Below are positions 20,824-30,660 of a stretch of 64,000 nt of DNA, one piece after another. Numbering within the stretch: position 1 is the first letter of the stretch; the number at the start of each line of letters is the position of its first letter. The translations under genes and the position numbers were made by a program. The DNA is from Synechococcus sp. (GTDB taxonomy: Bacteria > Cyanobacteriota > Cyanobacteriia > PCC-6307 > Cyanobiaceae). The notes under the pieces are model-generated. The model did not search any database and was not told the origin of the DNA. It saw only the letters and a list, made by a program, of their open reading frames with translations. The stretch spans positions 1,056,001 to 1,120,000 of the forward strand of contig JBJBDL010000003.1 in NCBI GenBank assembly GCA_047285305.1, in the 5' to 3' direction.

Positions 20824-20841
20824 GACCGGCTGGTTCAACCC

Positions 20842-21507
20842 TTAAAACTCGATGCCCGCCTGGGCCTTCACCCCCTGTTCGCGGAAGGGGTGGCGCACCA
20901 AGGTCATCTCCGTCACCAGATCGGCCCGCTCCACCAGCTCGGCTGGTGCCCCCCTTCCGGTCACCGCCACGTGGGTGAGCTCCGGTCGCTCGTTCAATCC
21001 GGCGATCACCGTACGGGCCTCGATGTAGCCCAGTTTCAAGGCCACGTTTAGCTCGTCGAGCAGCACCAATTTCACGCTCGCATCGCGCAGATAGCCCAGG
21101 GCCGTCTGCCAGGCCTCCTCCACCAATTGCTGATCCCGCTCTCGGTTCTGGGTTTCCCAGGTGAAGCCTTCCCCCAGGGCATGCCAACTCACCTGATCAC
21201 CGAAGGCTTGCAGTGCCCGTGCCTCGCCGGGCTCCCAGCCCCCCTTAATGAATTGAACAATCGCCACCCGCTCGCCATGGCCAAGGGTGCGTAGCACTAG
21301 CCCAAGCCCGGCGGTGGTTTTTCCCTTGCCCTGGCCGGTGAACAACAGCACCAGCCCTTTCTCCTTGTTGCGTTCCTCCACCCGTTGCTTCTGCACCTGC
21401 TGGCGCCGCTCCATCCGTTTGCGGTAACCGGCATCGTCGGTTTCTGGGGCGAGCTTGCCCCCCATGCCCAGTTCCGCGGCGGATTGATCGAGGTCGTTCG
21501 TGCTCAT
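20842..21507 (-). CDS. cobO: Cob(I)yrinic acid a,c-diamide adenosyltransferase
   Basis: TGQGKGKTT, QFIKG, LLDELN, TGRGAP, ADLVTEM, HPF...GIEF. Confidence 0.96.
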   Translation of the reverse strand: MSTNDLDQSAAELGMGGKLAPETDDAGYRKRMERRQQVQKQRVEERNKEKGLVLLFTGQGKGKTTAGLGLVLRTLGHGERVAIVQFIKGGWEPGEARALQAFGDQVSWHALGEGFTWETQNRERDQQLVEEAWQTALGYLRDASVKLVLLDELNVALKLGYIEARTVIAGLNERPELTHVAVTGRGAPAELVERADLVTEMTLVRHPFREQGVKAQAGIEF

Positions 21508-21527
21508 GGAAGGAAGGGATGTTGGTT

Positions 21528-22160
21528 CTATCGAGGTCGAGTGGCGGTGATGCGTTGCAGGGCGCGACCCGCCAGCAGCTCCTGTCTCACGCTGTTGAAC
21601 CCGAGTTGCTCCAGCTCAGTGGGGAGGTCGTCCTCCAGCATGGCGGTGGCGGTGTCTGTTTCAAACAGGGCACAAAACAGTTGTTGGGGAAGCTTCAGCC
21701 AAGGTCCGGCCGGATGCAGATCCACAAGCACCAACCAGCCGCCCGGTTCCAGCAGCCGCAGGGCACTGCGGAGCACCCGTTCCCGATCGCTTCTGGGGAA
21801 TTCGTGCAGGGCCACGCTCAGCTGGATGGCGCTGAAGCTGGCATCGGCCAGGGGCGGATCTTCGGCCAGCCCTTCCACCCGCTCCAGGCTGGGGTGGCGT
21901 TGGGCCGCCAAATCCAGGGCGCGGGGGGAGACATCGAGCCCCGTCACGGCGTAGCCCGCCGCTAGCCAAGGGGCTGCTGCTTCGCCACTGCCGCAGCAGA
22001 GATCCAGCACTGCCGCGCCGGGCTTGAGATGGGGCTGCACCGCCATGAGCCCGAGGCCCCGCAAGCGCTCCACCCCGCCAACACTCAGTGACGACACCGC
22101 CGTGACCGTGTCGTAAATCCAGCGGTAGCGGTAGGCCAGTGGCCTCAGAAATGAGGTCAT
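21528..22160 (-). CDS. Class I SAM-dependent methyltransferase
   Basis: VLDLCCGSG, GLDVSP, LLEPGG. Confidence 0.9.
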   Translation of the reverse strand: MTSFLRPLAYRYRWIYDTVTAVSSLSVGGVERLRGLGLMAVQPHLKPGAAVLDLCCGSGEAAAPWLAAGYAVTGLDVSPRALDLAAQRHPSLERVEGLAEDPPLADASFSAIQLSVALHEFPRSDRERVLRSALRLLEPGGWLVLVDLHPAGPWLKLPQQLFCALFETDTATAMLEDDLPTELEQLGFNSVRQELLAGRALQRITATRPR

Positions 22161-22193
22161 CGTTTATCTGCAAAAAAGGTAAACAGGATCCCG

Positions 22194-23348
22194 TCAGGCC
22201 GGTTGCCGGGCCAGGGCTGCATCGACCGCCTGCTGCTGATCACGCCGGGTGATCCAGTGGTGATACGTGCGGGTGTGGATCGTCACCGAGTGGCCCATCA
22301 TTCTGGCGGCGACGGTGTCCGGCAGGCCGACATGAATGGTGCGCACCGCCCAGGCGTGGCGCAGGTCGTAGGGGGTAATCGGCAGGTCATAGCGGCGAAA
22401 CTGCTCACTCACTCGTCGTCCCACCTGCTGCAGGGTGGTGCTCCGCAGATCGGTCTGGATGGTTGGCAGAGCGGCCGGATTCTCCGCCAGCTCCTGCAAC
22501 CCGAAATGCTCGACCCAGTCAGGGTGAAACGGCCAGCTCTGGTGCTCACCGGTTTTGGTGGTGGGCAGCACCCGCAACACCTGATCTCCGCCCGGTGCCA
22601 GGGAGGAGCAATCGCAGAAGAACACCTCGTGGTTGCGCAGGCCGTAGGTGGCCATCAGGGCAAAGGCCAGTCGCCACTTTGGATTGGGGATGCGGCCTGC
22701 GGCCTCGAGGATCTGTGGATCGGTGGGCAGCTGGCGGAACCGGGCCCGGTGCAGGCCATAGCCGCCGGCCTCCTGGCGCCAGTCCTCCGGTAAGGGCAGC
22801 TCCAGGTGCCTGGCCAGGGCAGCCAGGGCTGTGGCGCATTGCTGCCGGCTGCGGCTGCCGTCCTCGTAACTGGTCAGCGTCTGCATCAGCAGCGCTGGCT
22901 CCAGCGGCTGATCACCGCACTGACGCGCCAGTCGCCTGAGATAGGGCAAGTAGGAACTGGTCCAGGTGGTGCGACTGCTCGCCGGGGAACGACGTCGGCG
23001 CGGGTCGGCAAAAAAGGCTGCTTCGAAGCCCTCGATGGCGGCCTGGATCCCGATCGAACGGCCTCTGGCCGTGGCTGCAGAGGTGGAGGCCGACCAGAGC
23101 GTCCAATCAAAACTGCGCTGCTCCAGTTGCAGTTGCACCAGGGCAGCGGTGCTGAGGGCCTGATTTAGTCCGGCTGCATCGGCCATCAGCCCCAGGCTGA
23201 TCCGTTGCAGGCCGTTGCGGCTCGGATCACTGCGCAACGGCAAAGACCCGCGCAGGTTCAGTCGCCGACCCCGCTGTTCGATGCGCAGGCGTGACCCCTG
23301 TGCCGCCAGCTGCGCATTGGCGGTCTCCAGCGCACTTTTGAGCTCCAT
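22194..23348 (-). CDS. Site-specific tyrosine recombinase (cyanobacterial XisA/XisC-like architecture)
   Basis: YGLRNHE (R), TKTG (K), YDLRH (R), MGHS (H), TRTYHHW (Y nucleophile); ATG start at 23348 inferred. Confidence 0.92.
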   Translation of the reverse strand: MELKSALETANAQLAAQGSRLRIEQRGRRLNLRGSLPLRSDPSRNGLQRISLGLMADAAGLNQALSTAALVQLQLEQRSFDWTLWSASTSAATARGRSIGIQAAIEGFEAAFFADPRRRRSPASSRTTWTSSYLPYLRRLARQCGDQPLEPALLMQTLTSYEDGSRSRQQCATALAALARHLELPLPEDWRQEAGGYGLHRARFRQLPTDPQILEAAGRIPNPKWRLAFALMATYGLRNHEVFFCDCSSLAPGGDQVLRVLPTTKTGEHQSWPFHPDWVEHFGLQELAENPAALPTIQTDLRSTTLQQVGRRVSEQFRRYDLPITPYDLRHAWAVRTIHVGLPDTVAARMMGHSVTIHTRTYHHWITRRDQQQAVDAALARQPA

Positions 23349-23420
23349 AAATGTGTCGTCGGAACCAAGGATCGCGTCCGTGGCGGCTACGCTCAACCCC
23401 CGAAAACCGTTCTGATCGGT

Positions 23421-24596
23421 ATGTCTCGCGTCGGTGTCGTCCTGCTGAACTTGGGTGGCCCGGAGCGGATCCAGGACGTTGGCCCGTTTCTATACAACCT
23501 TTTCGCCGATCCGGAGATCATTCGGCTTCCTAGTCCGGCCCTGCAGAAGCCGCTGGCTTGGTTGATCAGCACCCTGCGCAGTGGTAAGTCGCAGGAGGCC
23601 TATCGCTCCATCGGTGGCGGATCACCGCTTCGGCGCATCACCGAGCAGCAGGCCCGTGAACTCCAGAGCCTGCTGCGTCAGCGCGGCATCGATGCCACCA
23701 GCTACGTGGCCATGCGCTACTGGCATCCGTTCACCGAATCCGCTGTGGCGGACATCAAGGCCGATGGTATGGATGAGGTGGTGGTGCTCCCCCTTTACCC
23801 CCATTTCTCGATCAGCACCAGTGGATCCAGTTTCCGTGAGCTGCAGCGCCTGCGTCAGGCAGATCCGGCTTTTGAGAAGTTGCCGATTCGCTGCATCCGC
23901 AGCTGGTTTGATCACCCGGGCTATGTGAAGGCCATGGCCGAGCTGATCGCGGCAGAGGTCCGCAACAGCGACGACCCCATGAAGGCCCACGTTTTTTTCA
24001 GTGCCCACGGAGTGCCGAAGAGCTACGTCGAAGAGGCGGGTGACCCTTATCAGAAGGAGATCGAAACCTGCACCGGTTTGATCATGAAGGAGTTAGCCGT
24101 TCAGATGGGCTACGAGAACCCCTTCACCCTGGCGTACCAAAGCCGTGTGGGTCCGGTGGAGTGGCTCAAGCCTTACACCGAAGAGGCCCTTGAGGAATTG
24201 GGTCAAGCCAAGACCAATGATCTGGTGGTGGTGCCGATCAGCTTCGTCAGTGAACACATCGAGACGCTTGAGGAAATCGACATCGAATACCGGGAGTTGG
24301 CCACTGAAGCCGGTGTGGTGAATTTCCGTCGGGTGCGCGCTCTCGACACCTACGCCCCCTTCATCGAGGGATTGGCGGATCTCGTGGCCACCAGCCTGCA
24401 GGGCCCTGAGGTGAGTCTCGATGCGGCGGCGGAGCTGCCCAACAAAGTGAAGCTCTATCCCCAGGAGAAGTGGGAATGGGGCTGGAACAACAGTTCCGAG
24501 GTCTGGAACGGCCGTCTGGCAATGGTTGGTTTTTCGGCCTTCTTGCTCGAGTTGATCAGTGGTCAAGGCCCGCTGCACGCCCTTGGCCTGCTCTGA
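23421..24596 (+). CDS. hemH: Ferrochelatase with C-terminal CAB/Hlip-like helix
   Basis: [37 protein letters not shown]. Confidence 0.97.
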   Translation: MSRVGVVLLNLGGPERIQDVGPFLYNLFADPEIIRLPSPALQKPLAWLISTLRSGKSQEAYRSIGGGSPLRRITEQQARELQSLLRQRGIDATSYVAMRYWHPFTESAVADIKADGMDEVVVLPLYPHFSISTSGSSFRELQRLRQADPAFEKLPIRCIRSWFDHPGYVKAMAELIAAEVRNSDDPMKAHVFFSAHGVPKSYVEEAGDPYQKEIETCTGLIMKELAVQMGYENPFTLAYQSRVGPVEWLKPYTEEALEELGQAKTNDLVVVPISFVSEHIETLEEIDIEYRELATEAGVVNFRRVRALDTYAPFIEGLADLVATSLQGPEVSLDAAAELPNKVKLYPQEKWEWGWNNSSEVWNGRLAMVGFSAFLLELISGQGPLHALGLL

Positions 24597-24652
24597 CCAA
24601 GCCAGGGGAGCTGCGGGCCCCTAACCTTGGGGGTCATTGACCCGTCGCCTCT

Positions 24653-26440
24653 GTGACTCTCACCTCAGCGTCTTCGGCCGTCACTGGGCAGCAGGCCGGT
24701 CACGGTGGCCAAAGAATGTCTGGGGCGACAGCCCTTATGGATGCGTTGCGGCGCCATGGCGTCAACACGATTTTCGGCTACCCCGGCGGCGCGATTCTCC
24801 CGATCTACGACGCACTCCACATCGCCGAGAGTGAGGGCTGGGTGAAGCACATCCTGGTGCGGCATGAGCAGGCCGGCACCCACGCGGCCGATGCCTATGC
24901 GCGTGCCACCGGCAAGGTGGGCGTTTGCTTCGGCACGTCGGGGCCTGGTGCTACCAACTTGGTGACCGGCATCGCCACCGCCCAGATGGACTCGGTGCCC
25001 ATGGTGGTGATCACCGGTCAGGTGCCACGTCCGGCGATTGGCACAGATGCTTTCCAGGAGACCGACATCTTCGGCATAACCCTGCCGATCGTGAAACATT
25101 CCTGGGTTGTGCGAGATCCGGCTGATCTCGCCTCCATCGTTGCTCAGGCCTTCCTGATTGCAGCCAGTGGTCGTCCGGGCCCCGTGCTGATTGACATCCC
25201 GAAGGATGTTGGCCAGGAGATGTTCGATTACGTGCCGGTTGAGCCCGGATCGATTGTTCCCAAAGGCTTCCGCAAGCCACAGCCCCCCCGGGATGAACCT
25301 ATTCTTTTGGCGCTTGAGCTGATCGCCGAGGCGGAGCGTCCGCTGCTCTATGTGGGCGGTGGTGCGATCTCAGCCGGTGCTCACGACAGCCTGCGGGTGA
25401 TCTCTGAGCGCTATCAGATCCCTGTCACCACAACCTTGATGGGGAAGGGTGCCTTCGATGAAAACGACTCCCTCTCGGTGGGCATGCTCGGCATGCACGG
25501 CACGGCCTATGCCAACTTCGCCGTCACGGAATGCGATCTGCTGATCGCTGTTGGTGCCCGTTTTGACGATCGGGTGACCGGAAAGCTCGACACCTTCGCC
25601 CCCCGGGCCCGGGTGATCCACTTTGAGATTGATCCGGCCGAAATCGGCAAGACCCGCCGCCCCGATGTGGCGGTGCTGGGTGATCTGGGCCTGAGCGTGG
25701 CGCGCTTGGTGGAGCTGAGCCTGCAGCAGCAGGTGCAACCCCGCACGGCCCCTTGGTTGGCGCGCATCGCCGAGTGGAAACAGACCTATCCCCTCACCGT
25801 GCCTCCCGCCGAAGGCCCCCTCTTCCCTCAGGAGGTTCTGCTGGCCGTTCGCGAGCTGGCACCGAATGCCATCGTCACCACGGACGTTGGCCAGCACCAG
25901 ATGTGGGCGGCCCAGTACCTGCGCAATGGGCCCCGGGGCTGGATCAGCAGTGCCGGCCTTGGCACCATGGGTTTCGGCATGCCGGCCGCCATGGGCGCCC
26001 AGGTGGCTTGCCCCGATCGTCAGGTGGTGTGCATCGCGGGTGACGCCAGCATCCTGATGAACATTCAGGAGTTGGGAACCCTGGCGGCCTATGGCCTTCC
26101 GGTGAAGGTGGTGATCGTCAACAACCACTGGCAGGGCATGGTGCGTCAGTGGCAGGAGAGCTTCTACGAGGAGCGTTATTCCGCCTCCGACATGCTCAAT
26201 GGCATGCCGGACTTCGTGGCTCTTGCCCGCTCCTTTGGTGTGGATGGCGTGCACATTCGCGAGCGGGAGTCGTTGAAGCGTGATCTCGAGGCTGCGCTCA
26301 AGGCCCCCGGACCGATGTTGATCGACATCCACGTGCGTCGTGGTGAGAACTGCTATCCGATGGTTCCCCCGGGCAAAAGCAATGCTGAAATGGTGGGCCT
26401 TCCGGCTCCCATGCCGGTTCTCAACGCCCCGACCTCTTGA
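24653..26440 (+). CDS. ilvB: Acetolactate synthase large subunit
   Basis: FGYPGGA, RHEQ, TSGPGATN, GMLGMHG, DVGQHQMW, GDAS...N ThDP motif. Confidence 0.97.
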   Translation: MTLTSASSAVTGQQAGHGGQRMSGATALMDALRRHGVNTIFGYPGGAILPIYDALHIAESEGWVKHILVRHEQAGTHAADAYARATGKVGVCFGTSGPGATNLVTGIATAQMDSVPMVVITGQVPRPAIGTDAFQETDIFGITLPIVKHSWVVRDPADLASIVAQAFLIAASGRPGPVLIDIPKDVGQEMFDYVPVEPGSIVPKGFRKPQPPRDEPILLALELIAEAERPLLYVGGGAISAGAHDSLRVISERYQIPVTTTLMGKGAFDENDSLSVGMLGMHGTAYANFAVTECDLLIAVGARFDDRVTGKLDTFAPRARVIHFEIDPAEIGKTRRPDVAVLGDLGLSVARLVELSLQQQVQPRTAPWLARIAEWKQTYPLTVPPAEGPLFPQEVLLAVRELAPNAIVTTDVGQHQMWAAQYLRNGPRGWISSAGLGTMGFGMPAAMGAQVACPDRQVVCIAGDASILMNIQELGTLAAYGLPVKVVIVNNHWQGMVRQWQESFYEERYSASDMLNGMPDFVALARSFGVDGVHIRERESLKRDLEAALKAPGPMLIDIHVRRGENCYPMVPPGKSNAEMVGLPAPMPVLNAPTS

Positions 26441-26784
26441 TTCGTCTTGTCTTAATCGGCGTTCTGCTGCTGCTTTCGGCCCTACCGGTGCAGGCCGCAG
26501 AGGTGCTTCAAGTGCGCAGCAGTTCACTGCTGCAGGTGGGAGATCACAACCGCACCTATACCGTTGCCCTGGCCTGTTCCTCCGTAGATGTAAGCCAAGA
26601 AGCCGAGGCCACCGCATGGCTGCGTCAGGAACTGCCGCGCCGTCGCAAGGTCAATCTGCGGCCGGTCGGCTCCAGCGAGGGGCAGCTGATGGCCAGGGTG
26701 ACTCCGATCGGCGCTGAGCGTGACCTCAGCACCGGCTTGATTGCAGCGGGTTTGGCTAGTAACAGCTGTGGAGTCGATGGCTGA
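26437..26784 (+). CDS. Exported thermonuclease (SNase)-like protein
   Basis: Signal peptide ending PVQA; patterns VALAC, EATAWLRQELP, LMARV, LIAAGLA. Confidence 0.65.
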   Translation: MIRLVLIGVLLLLSALPVQAAEVLQVRSSSLLQVGDHNRTYTVALACSSVDVSQEAEATAWLRQELPRRRKVNLRPVGSSEGQLMARVTPIGAERDLSTGLIAAGLASNSCGVDG

Positions 26785-27001
26785 TAACCGCATTGCCCGG
26801 GGCATTGTTTTGGTGCCCTGTCTGCTGTTGGGGGGTGCCTTTCTGGCCACAGCGGCCTGGGGGCAGGGCGCCGCAGCTGAAAACCGTACCCTGGCCATCG
26901 GCATCGGTGCTGGATTGCTTTTGGCAGGTTGGCTGTCCCAGTTGGGTGGCGGCTCTGAGTCCTCTGTGACAAAACCAGACGAGTCCGACCCCTCTCCCTA
27001 A
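26777..27001 (+). CDS. Small two-TM 'GIVxVP' membrane protein
   Basis: MADNRIARGIVLVPCLLLGGAFL; overlaps the upstream gene end. Confidence 0.8.
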   Translation: MADNRIARGIVLVPCLLLGGAFLATAAWGQGAAAENRTLAIGIGAGLLLAGWLSQLGGGSESSVTKPDESDPSP

Positions 27002-27034
27002 TTTGAGGGCATCGGGTTGCTTCCCTACGGTTTC

Positions 27035-27282
27035 ATGTCGAAGCCTGAGTGGCGACATTGGCTTTGGCTGTAGTGGTGTGTTGTTGCAGCCACGCTCATC
27101 GGTTGCCAGTTCATGCGATGGGTTGGTTGGACCCTGACCAGAGGGAGGCCGTTACGATTAGCCGGGCTTTTCAGCAGCGTCGCCGCGGGGAGCGTCTGCG
27201 TCTGAAAGCCGTGGCCAGTGATTCCCGCTTTTGTACTGGCCTCGCACAATCCGGCCAGGCCATGGCCGGTCTGATCGAATGA
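27035..27282 (+). pseudogene. Degraded lipoprotein-like gene remnant (possibly DUF3465-like)
   Basis: MSKPEWRHWLWL*WCVVAATLIGCQ (TAG at 27071, lipobox-like LIGC), then in another frame ISRAFQQRR/GERLRLK...AGLIE. Confidence 0.45.
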
Positions 27283-27304
27283 GGTCTGGGGACACGACCT
27301 CGAG

Positions 27305-28966
27305 ATGCTGCGCCTGAGTGAACTGAAGCTGCCCCTCGACCATGGGGATGAAGCGCTGCAGGAGGCGGTGCTCAAGCGTTTGAGGATCCCGGCGGATCGT
27401 CTTCTGAGTCAAACTCTGGTGAAGCGCAGTGTTGATGCGCGACGTCGCGACCGGATTCAGCTGATTTACAGCGTGGATGTGCAGGTGAAGGGTGAAGCCG
27501 CCCTGTTGCGTCGCATCGGCAACAAAGGCCGGGTGCGTCTGGCTCCAGACACCCGCTACCGGTCTGTGGGTCATGCCCCCGATGGCTACCCCTTGGATGC
27601 GGGCGATCGGCCTGTGGTGGTGGGGGCAGGCCCCTGCGGTTATTTCGCTGCTCTGCTGTTGGCGCAGATGGGCTTTCGCCCGCTGTTGCTGGAGCGGGGT
27701 CAGGCTGTGAAGCAACGCACCGCAGACACCTTCGGCTTCTGGCGGGGCACCAGCCCCTTCAACCCTGAATCCAATGCCCAATTCGGTGAGGGCGGAGCCG
27801 GCACCTTCTCCGACGGCAAGCTCTACAGCCAGGTGAGCGATCCCGAGCATTACGGCCGCAAGGTGCTGGAGGAGCTGGTGGCCTGTGGTGCCAGCGAGGA
27901 GATCCTCACTTTGCATCGTCCCCACATCGGCACGTTCAAGCTCGCCACGGTGGTGCGTGGCCTGCGGGCACGGATTGAAGCCCTGGGCGGTGAGGTGCGT
28001 TTCAACAGTCGCGTGACACGCCTTCAGCTCAGCGATAGCAGCGCTGAGAAGCCCCATCAACTCGATGGAGTGGTGCTGGCCGATGGAACGGAGATTCCCT
28101 GCCGCCATCTGGTGCTGGCTCCCGGTCATTCCGCGCGCGACTGCTTTGAAATGCTGGAGCAGATCGGTGTGCAGCTGCAGCGCAAGCCCTTTTCCGTGGG
28201 TGTGCGGATTGAGCATCCGCAGCATCTGATTGACGCAGCCCGCTGGGGGGAGGCGGCCGGTCATCCGCGACTCGGGGCGGCCGAGTACAAGCTGGTTCAC
28301 CATGCCGAGAACGGCCGCTGCGTCTACAGCTTTTGCATGTGTCCCGGAGGATTTGTGGTGGGAGCAACCTCGGAGGAAGGCCGGGTGGTGACCAATGGCA
28401 TGAGCCAGCACTCCCGCAAAGAGCGCAACGCCAACAGCGGTTTGGTCGTGGCTCTTGATGCTGATGACCTGGCACAGTTTGAACGTTTTCCCGGGGATCC
28501 GTTGGCTGGGATTGCCCTGCAACGGGAGCTGGAGGAGCGCGCCTTCAAGCTGGGGGGAAACAGTTATGCCGCACCGGCGCAGCGGTTGGAGGATTTCCTG
28601 GCTGCCCGTCCCTCCACCCGTCTGGGTGGCATCGTCGCGTCCTATCAGCCGGGTGTGCATCCCGCCGATCTGGATGACCTGCTCCCCTCTGCCATCGTTG
28701 AGGCCTTGCGGGAGGCGTTGCCCGCCTTTGCTCGCAAGCTGAAGGGGTATGACCACCCCGATGCTGTCCTCACCGGCGTCGAAACCCGCACGTCATCGCC
28801 TGTGCGGATTCCCAGGGATGAAGCGTTGGAATCGCTCAATGTGAAGGGGCTGGTGCCGGCGGGTGAAGGAGCGGGCTATGCCGGCGGCATCCTGTCGGCT
28901 GGAATCGATGGCATTCGGGCTGCTGAAGCCTTGGCCATCCAGATCCTGGGGACCAAGCCTTTTTAA
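27305..28966 (+). CDS. NAD(P)/FAD-dependent oxidoreductase (uncharacterised dehydrogenase family)
   Basis: VVGAGPCG, FGEGGAGTFSDGKL, FCMCPGG, ETRTSSP, GEGAGYAGGI. Confidence 0.92.
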   Translation: MLRLSELKLPLDHGDEALQEAVLKRLRIPADRLLSQTLVKRSVDARRRDRIQLIYSVDVQVKGEAALLRRIGNKGRVRLAPDTRYRSVGHAPDGYPLDAGDRPVVVGAGPCGYFAALLLAQMGFRPLLLERGQAVKQRTADTFGFWRGTSPFNPESNAQFGEGGAGTFSDGKLYSQVSDPEHYGRKVLEELVACGASEEILTLHRPHIGTFKLATVVRGLRARIEALGGEVRFNSRVTRLQLSDSSAEKPHQLDGVVLADGTEIPCRHLVLAPGHSARDCFEMLEQIGVQLQRKPFSVGVRIEHPQHLIDAARWGEAAGHPRLGAAEYKLVHHAENGRCVYSFCMCPGGFVVGATSEEGRVVTNGMSQHSRKERNANSGLVVALDADDLAQFERFPGDPLAGIALQRELEERAFKLGGNSYAAPAQRLEDFLAARPSTRLGGIVASYQPGVHPADLDDLLPSAIVEALREALPAFARKLKGYDHPDAVLTGVETRTSSPVRIPRDEALESLNVKGLVPAGEGAGYAGGILSAGIDGIRAAEALAIQILGTKPF

Positions 28967-28969
28967 GTT

Positions 28970-29764
28970 TCAGTTGCAGACGGGGGCTTGCGCCACGATT
29001 CCGCTCCACTGGACGGCTTTCACTTGATCCCGTCGCCAGGAATGGAACAGCTCGGGTTCACTGACGGTGCACAGCGGGCAGTGGGCGATCTGTTCGCTGA
29101 GGATTCCTGCGCCCCGGAGCTGCACGCTTGCAGCGGTTCGAATGTCCAGGCGATGCCGCCCCGGTTGCTCATCCGGCAGCAGGGCCCCTGCATCGGATAA
29201 GGAAGCCTTGTTGGGGACCGCAGCGCTGACGGCCTCAACCACCTCGTCGCCCACCTGGTAGCAGTGGCCGCTGACGGCCGGGCCCAGGGCAACCACCAGA
29301 TCCTCCCGCCGGGCCCCCCGCTCCACCAACCGATCCAGGGCTGTGATCAGGATCCCAGCCGCCACCCCACGCCAACCGGCATGACAGGCCGCGGTATGTC
29401 CGGTGCCGGGATCGGCGATCAGAACCGGTGTGCAGTCGGCGCCGCACACCCAGAGGCTTTGGCCCCCGCGGTCGCTCACCAGGCAGTCGGCCTCAGGCCA
29501 TGGATCCTGACGGGCGTCGCTGGCGTTCAGAACGATTCCACTGTGGATCTGCTGGGGCCGGTGGACGCTGATGCCGGCGCTGACGTACCCCGCCAGTTCA
29601 TCAGGTCCACGCCCGTGCCAGAGCCGGGTGAAGAAGCCGTGCTCGAACCCCTTCGTATGCAGCAGATCGCTCTGGAGGTAATAGCCCCCGTAACAACCGA
29701 TCCAGGTCCAGCCCTTCAACGTGTTGAAGCGGCTGTCTGGTCGATCAAACGGCCCGTCTTTCAT
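28970..29764 (-). CDS. pgeF: PgeF/YfiH family protein
   Basis: QIHS, ADCTPVL, HAGWRG, LGPAVS..CYQVG, CT...SWRR. Confidence 0.92.
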   Translation of the reverse strand: MKDGPFDRPDSRFNTLKGWTWIGCYGGYYLQSDLLHTKGFEHGFFTRLWHGRGPDELAGYVSAGISVHRPQQIHSGIVLNASDARQDPWPEADCLVSDRGGQSLWVCGADCTPVLIADPGTGHTAACHAGWRGVAAGILITALDRLVERGARREDLVVALGPAVSGHCYQVGDEVVEAVSAAVPNKASLSDAGALLPDEQPGRHRLDIRTAASVQLRGAGILSEQIAHCPLCTVSEPELFHSWRRDQVKAVQWSGIVAQAPVCN

Positions 29765-29775
29765 CAGCCCTGCAA

Positions 29776-30660
29776 TCAGGCCATGGGGATGTCCCGCAAC
29801 ATCCAGAAGCCGCCAAAGGTCTGTTCTTCAGGGCTGGACTGAATGGCGATGAATTGGAGGCCGCGCACCTGTTGCTGTGAGGTGGCCAGGGCTTTGGAGA
29901 TTTCAGCGGCGACGCCCGGCTCCAGGTCGCTCACCAGCCAGCGGTCGTCCTGACCAGCCTCCAGCACCAGCTGGCGGTCTTCAACGATCATCCGCACGGG
30001 TTCCAGACCCCCCAACCAGCCCGCCATGGCGAGGGAGCGGCTCTGGCTGAACAGGCGCAGACCCGGCACAGATGCCTCGGGGTCGATGCCATCGGGCACA
30101 GGCAGCAGCCCGCTGAAACTCATCGGCCATTCCGAAGCCTCCAGCAGCAGGCTCGCCGGCAGGGCGGCCCAGCTCCAGGCGTCTCCTTGAACTTCCTGCG
30201 GCAGGGGCACCGGAGGGGTGGGAACGGGCGCCGGCGGCGGTGCCAGTGGGCCAGCCATGAAGCCCTCCTCCTCGGGATACACCTCCCTTTCACGCTGTTG
30301 AAGCCAGTCGATCAGGGCGAAGGTGCGGCGACTGGGAATCACCTCGAGGTCTTGTTCGGCTGCGGCGCGCTGCACCATGGTGCGCATCGAACTGCGCCAG
30401 CAGCGCAAGCGCACTGGCGAACCCCAGCCCCCGCTGGCGGATGCCTGCTTGGCTTCAGCCAGGGCTTGGCTCAACCAAAGCGAGTTCACTTCACCAGAGG
30501 GGCACACCTTGGCGAAGCGAAATGGCTCTGCATCGCCAGTTGCGGTGGGGGTGGAGGTGATCAGCAGTTCCCAACGCTTGCGGCCATCGGCCTCAAGAAT
30601 TGGTCGGGAGTAGAAGTCGAGTTCCCAGTCTTCAGCGGCTGTCAGGGCAGCAGTGCTCAT
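29776..30660 (-). CDS. Tab2/Atab2 family RNA-binding protein
   Basis: WELDFYSRPILEADGRKRWELLI, VNSLWL, PSRRT, GLQFIAIQ...GFWML. Confidence 0.92.
   Translation of the reverse strand: MSTAALTAAEDWELDFYSRPILEADGRKRWELLITSTPTATGDAEPFRFAKVCPSGEVNSLWLSQALAEAKQASASGGWGSPVRLRCWRSSMRTMVQRAAAEQDLEVIPSRRTFALIDWLQQREREVYPEEEGFMAGPLAPPPAPVPTPPVPLPQEVQGDAWSWAALPASLLLEASEWPMSFSGLLPVPDGIDPEASVPGLRLFSQSRSLAMAGWLGGLEPVRMIVEDRQLVLEAGQDDRWLVSDLEPGVAAEISKALATSQQQVRGLQFIAIQSSPEEQTFGGFWMLRDIPMA

Noticed and set aside
24490..24596. Hlip/CAB helix fused to ferrochelatase
   Set aside because: A well-known feature of cyanobacterial HemH, not novel.
11348..27073. All four in-frame stops seen in the pseudogenes (11348, 11522, 16180, 27071) are TAG, hinting at amber readthrough or recoding
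   Set aside because: TAG ends ordinary genes here (sasA, photolyase, csoS4B, cupB), several of the same remnants also carry frameshifts, no suppressor tRNA is visible, and CAG/GAG/TGG to TAG are common nonsense routes in a GC-rich genome.
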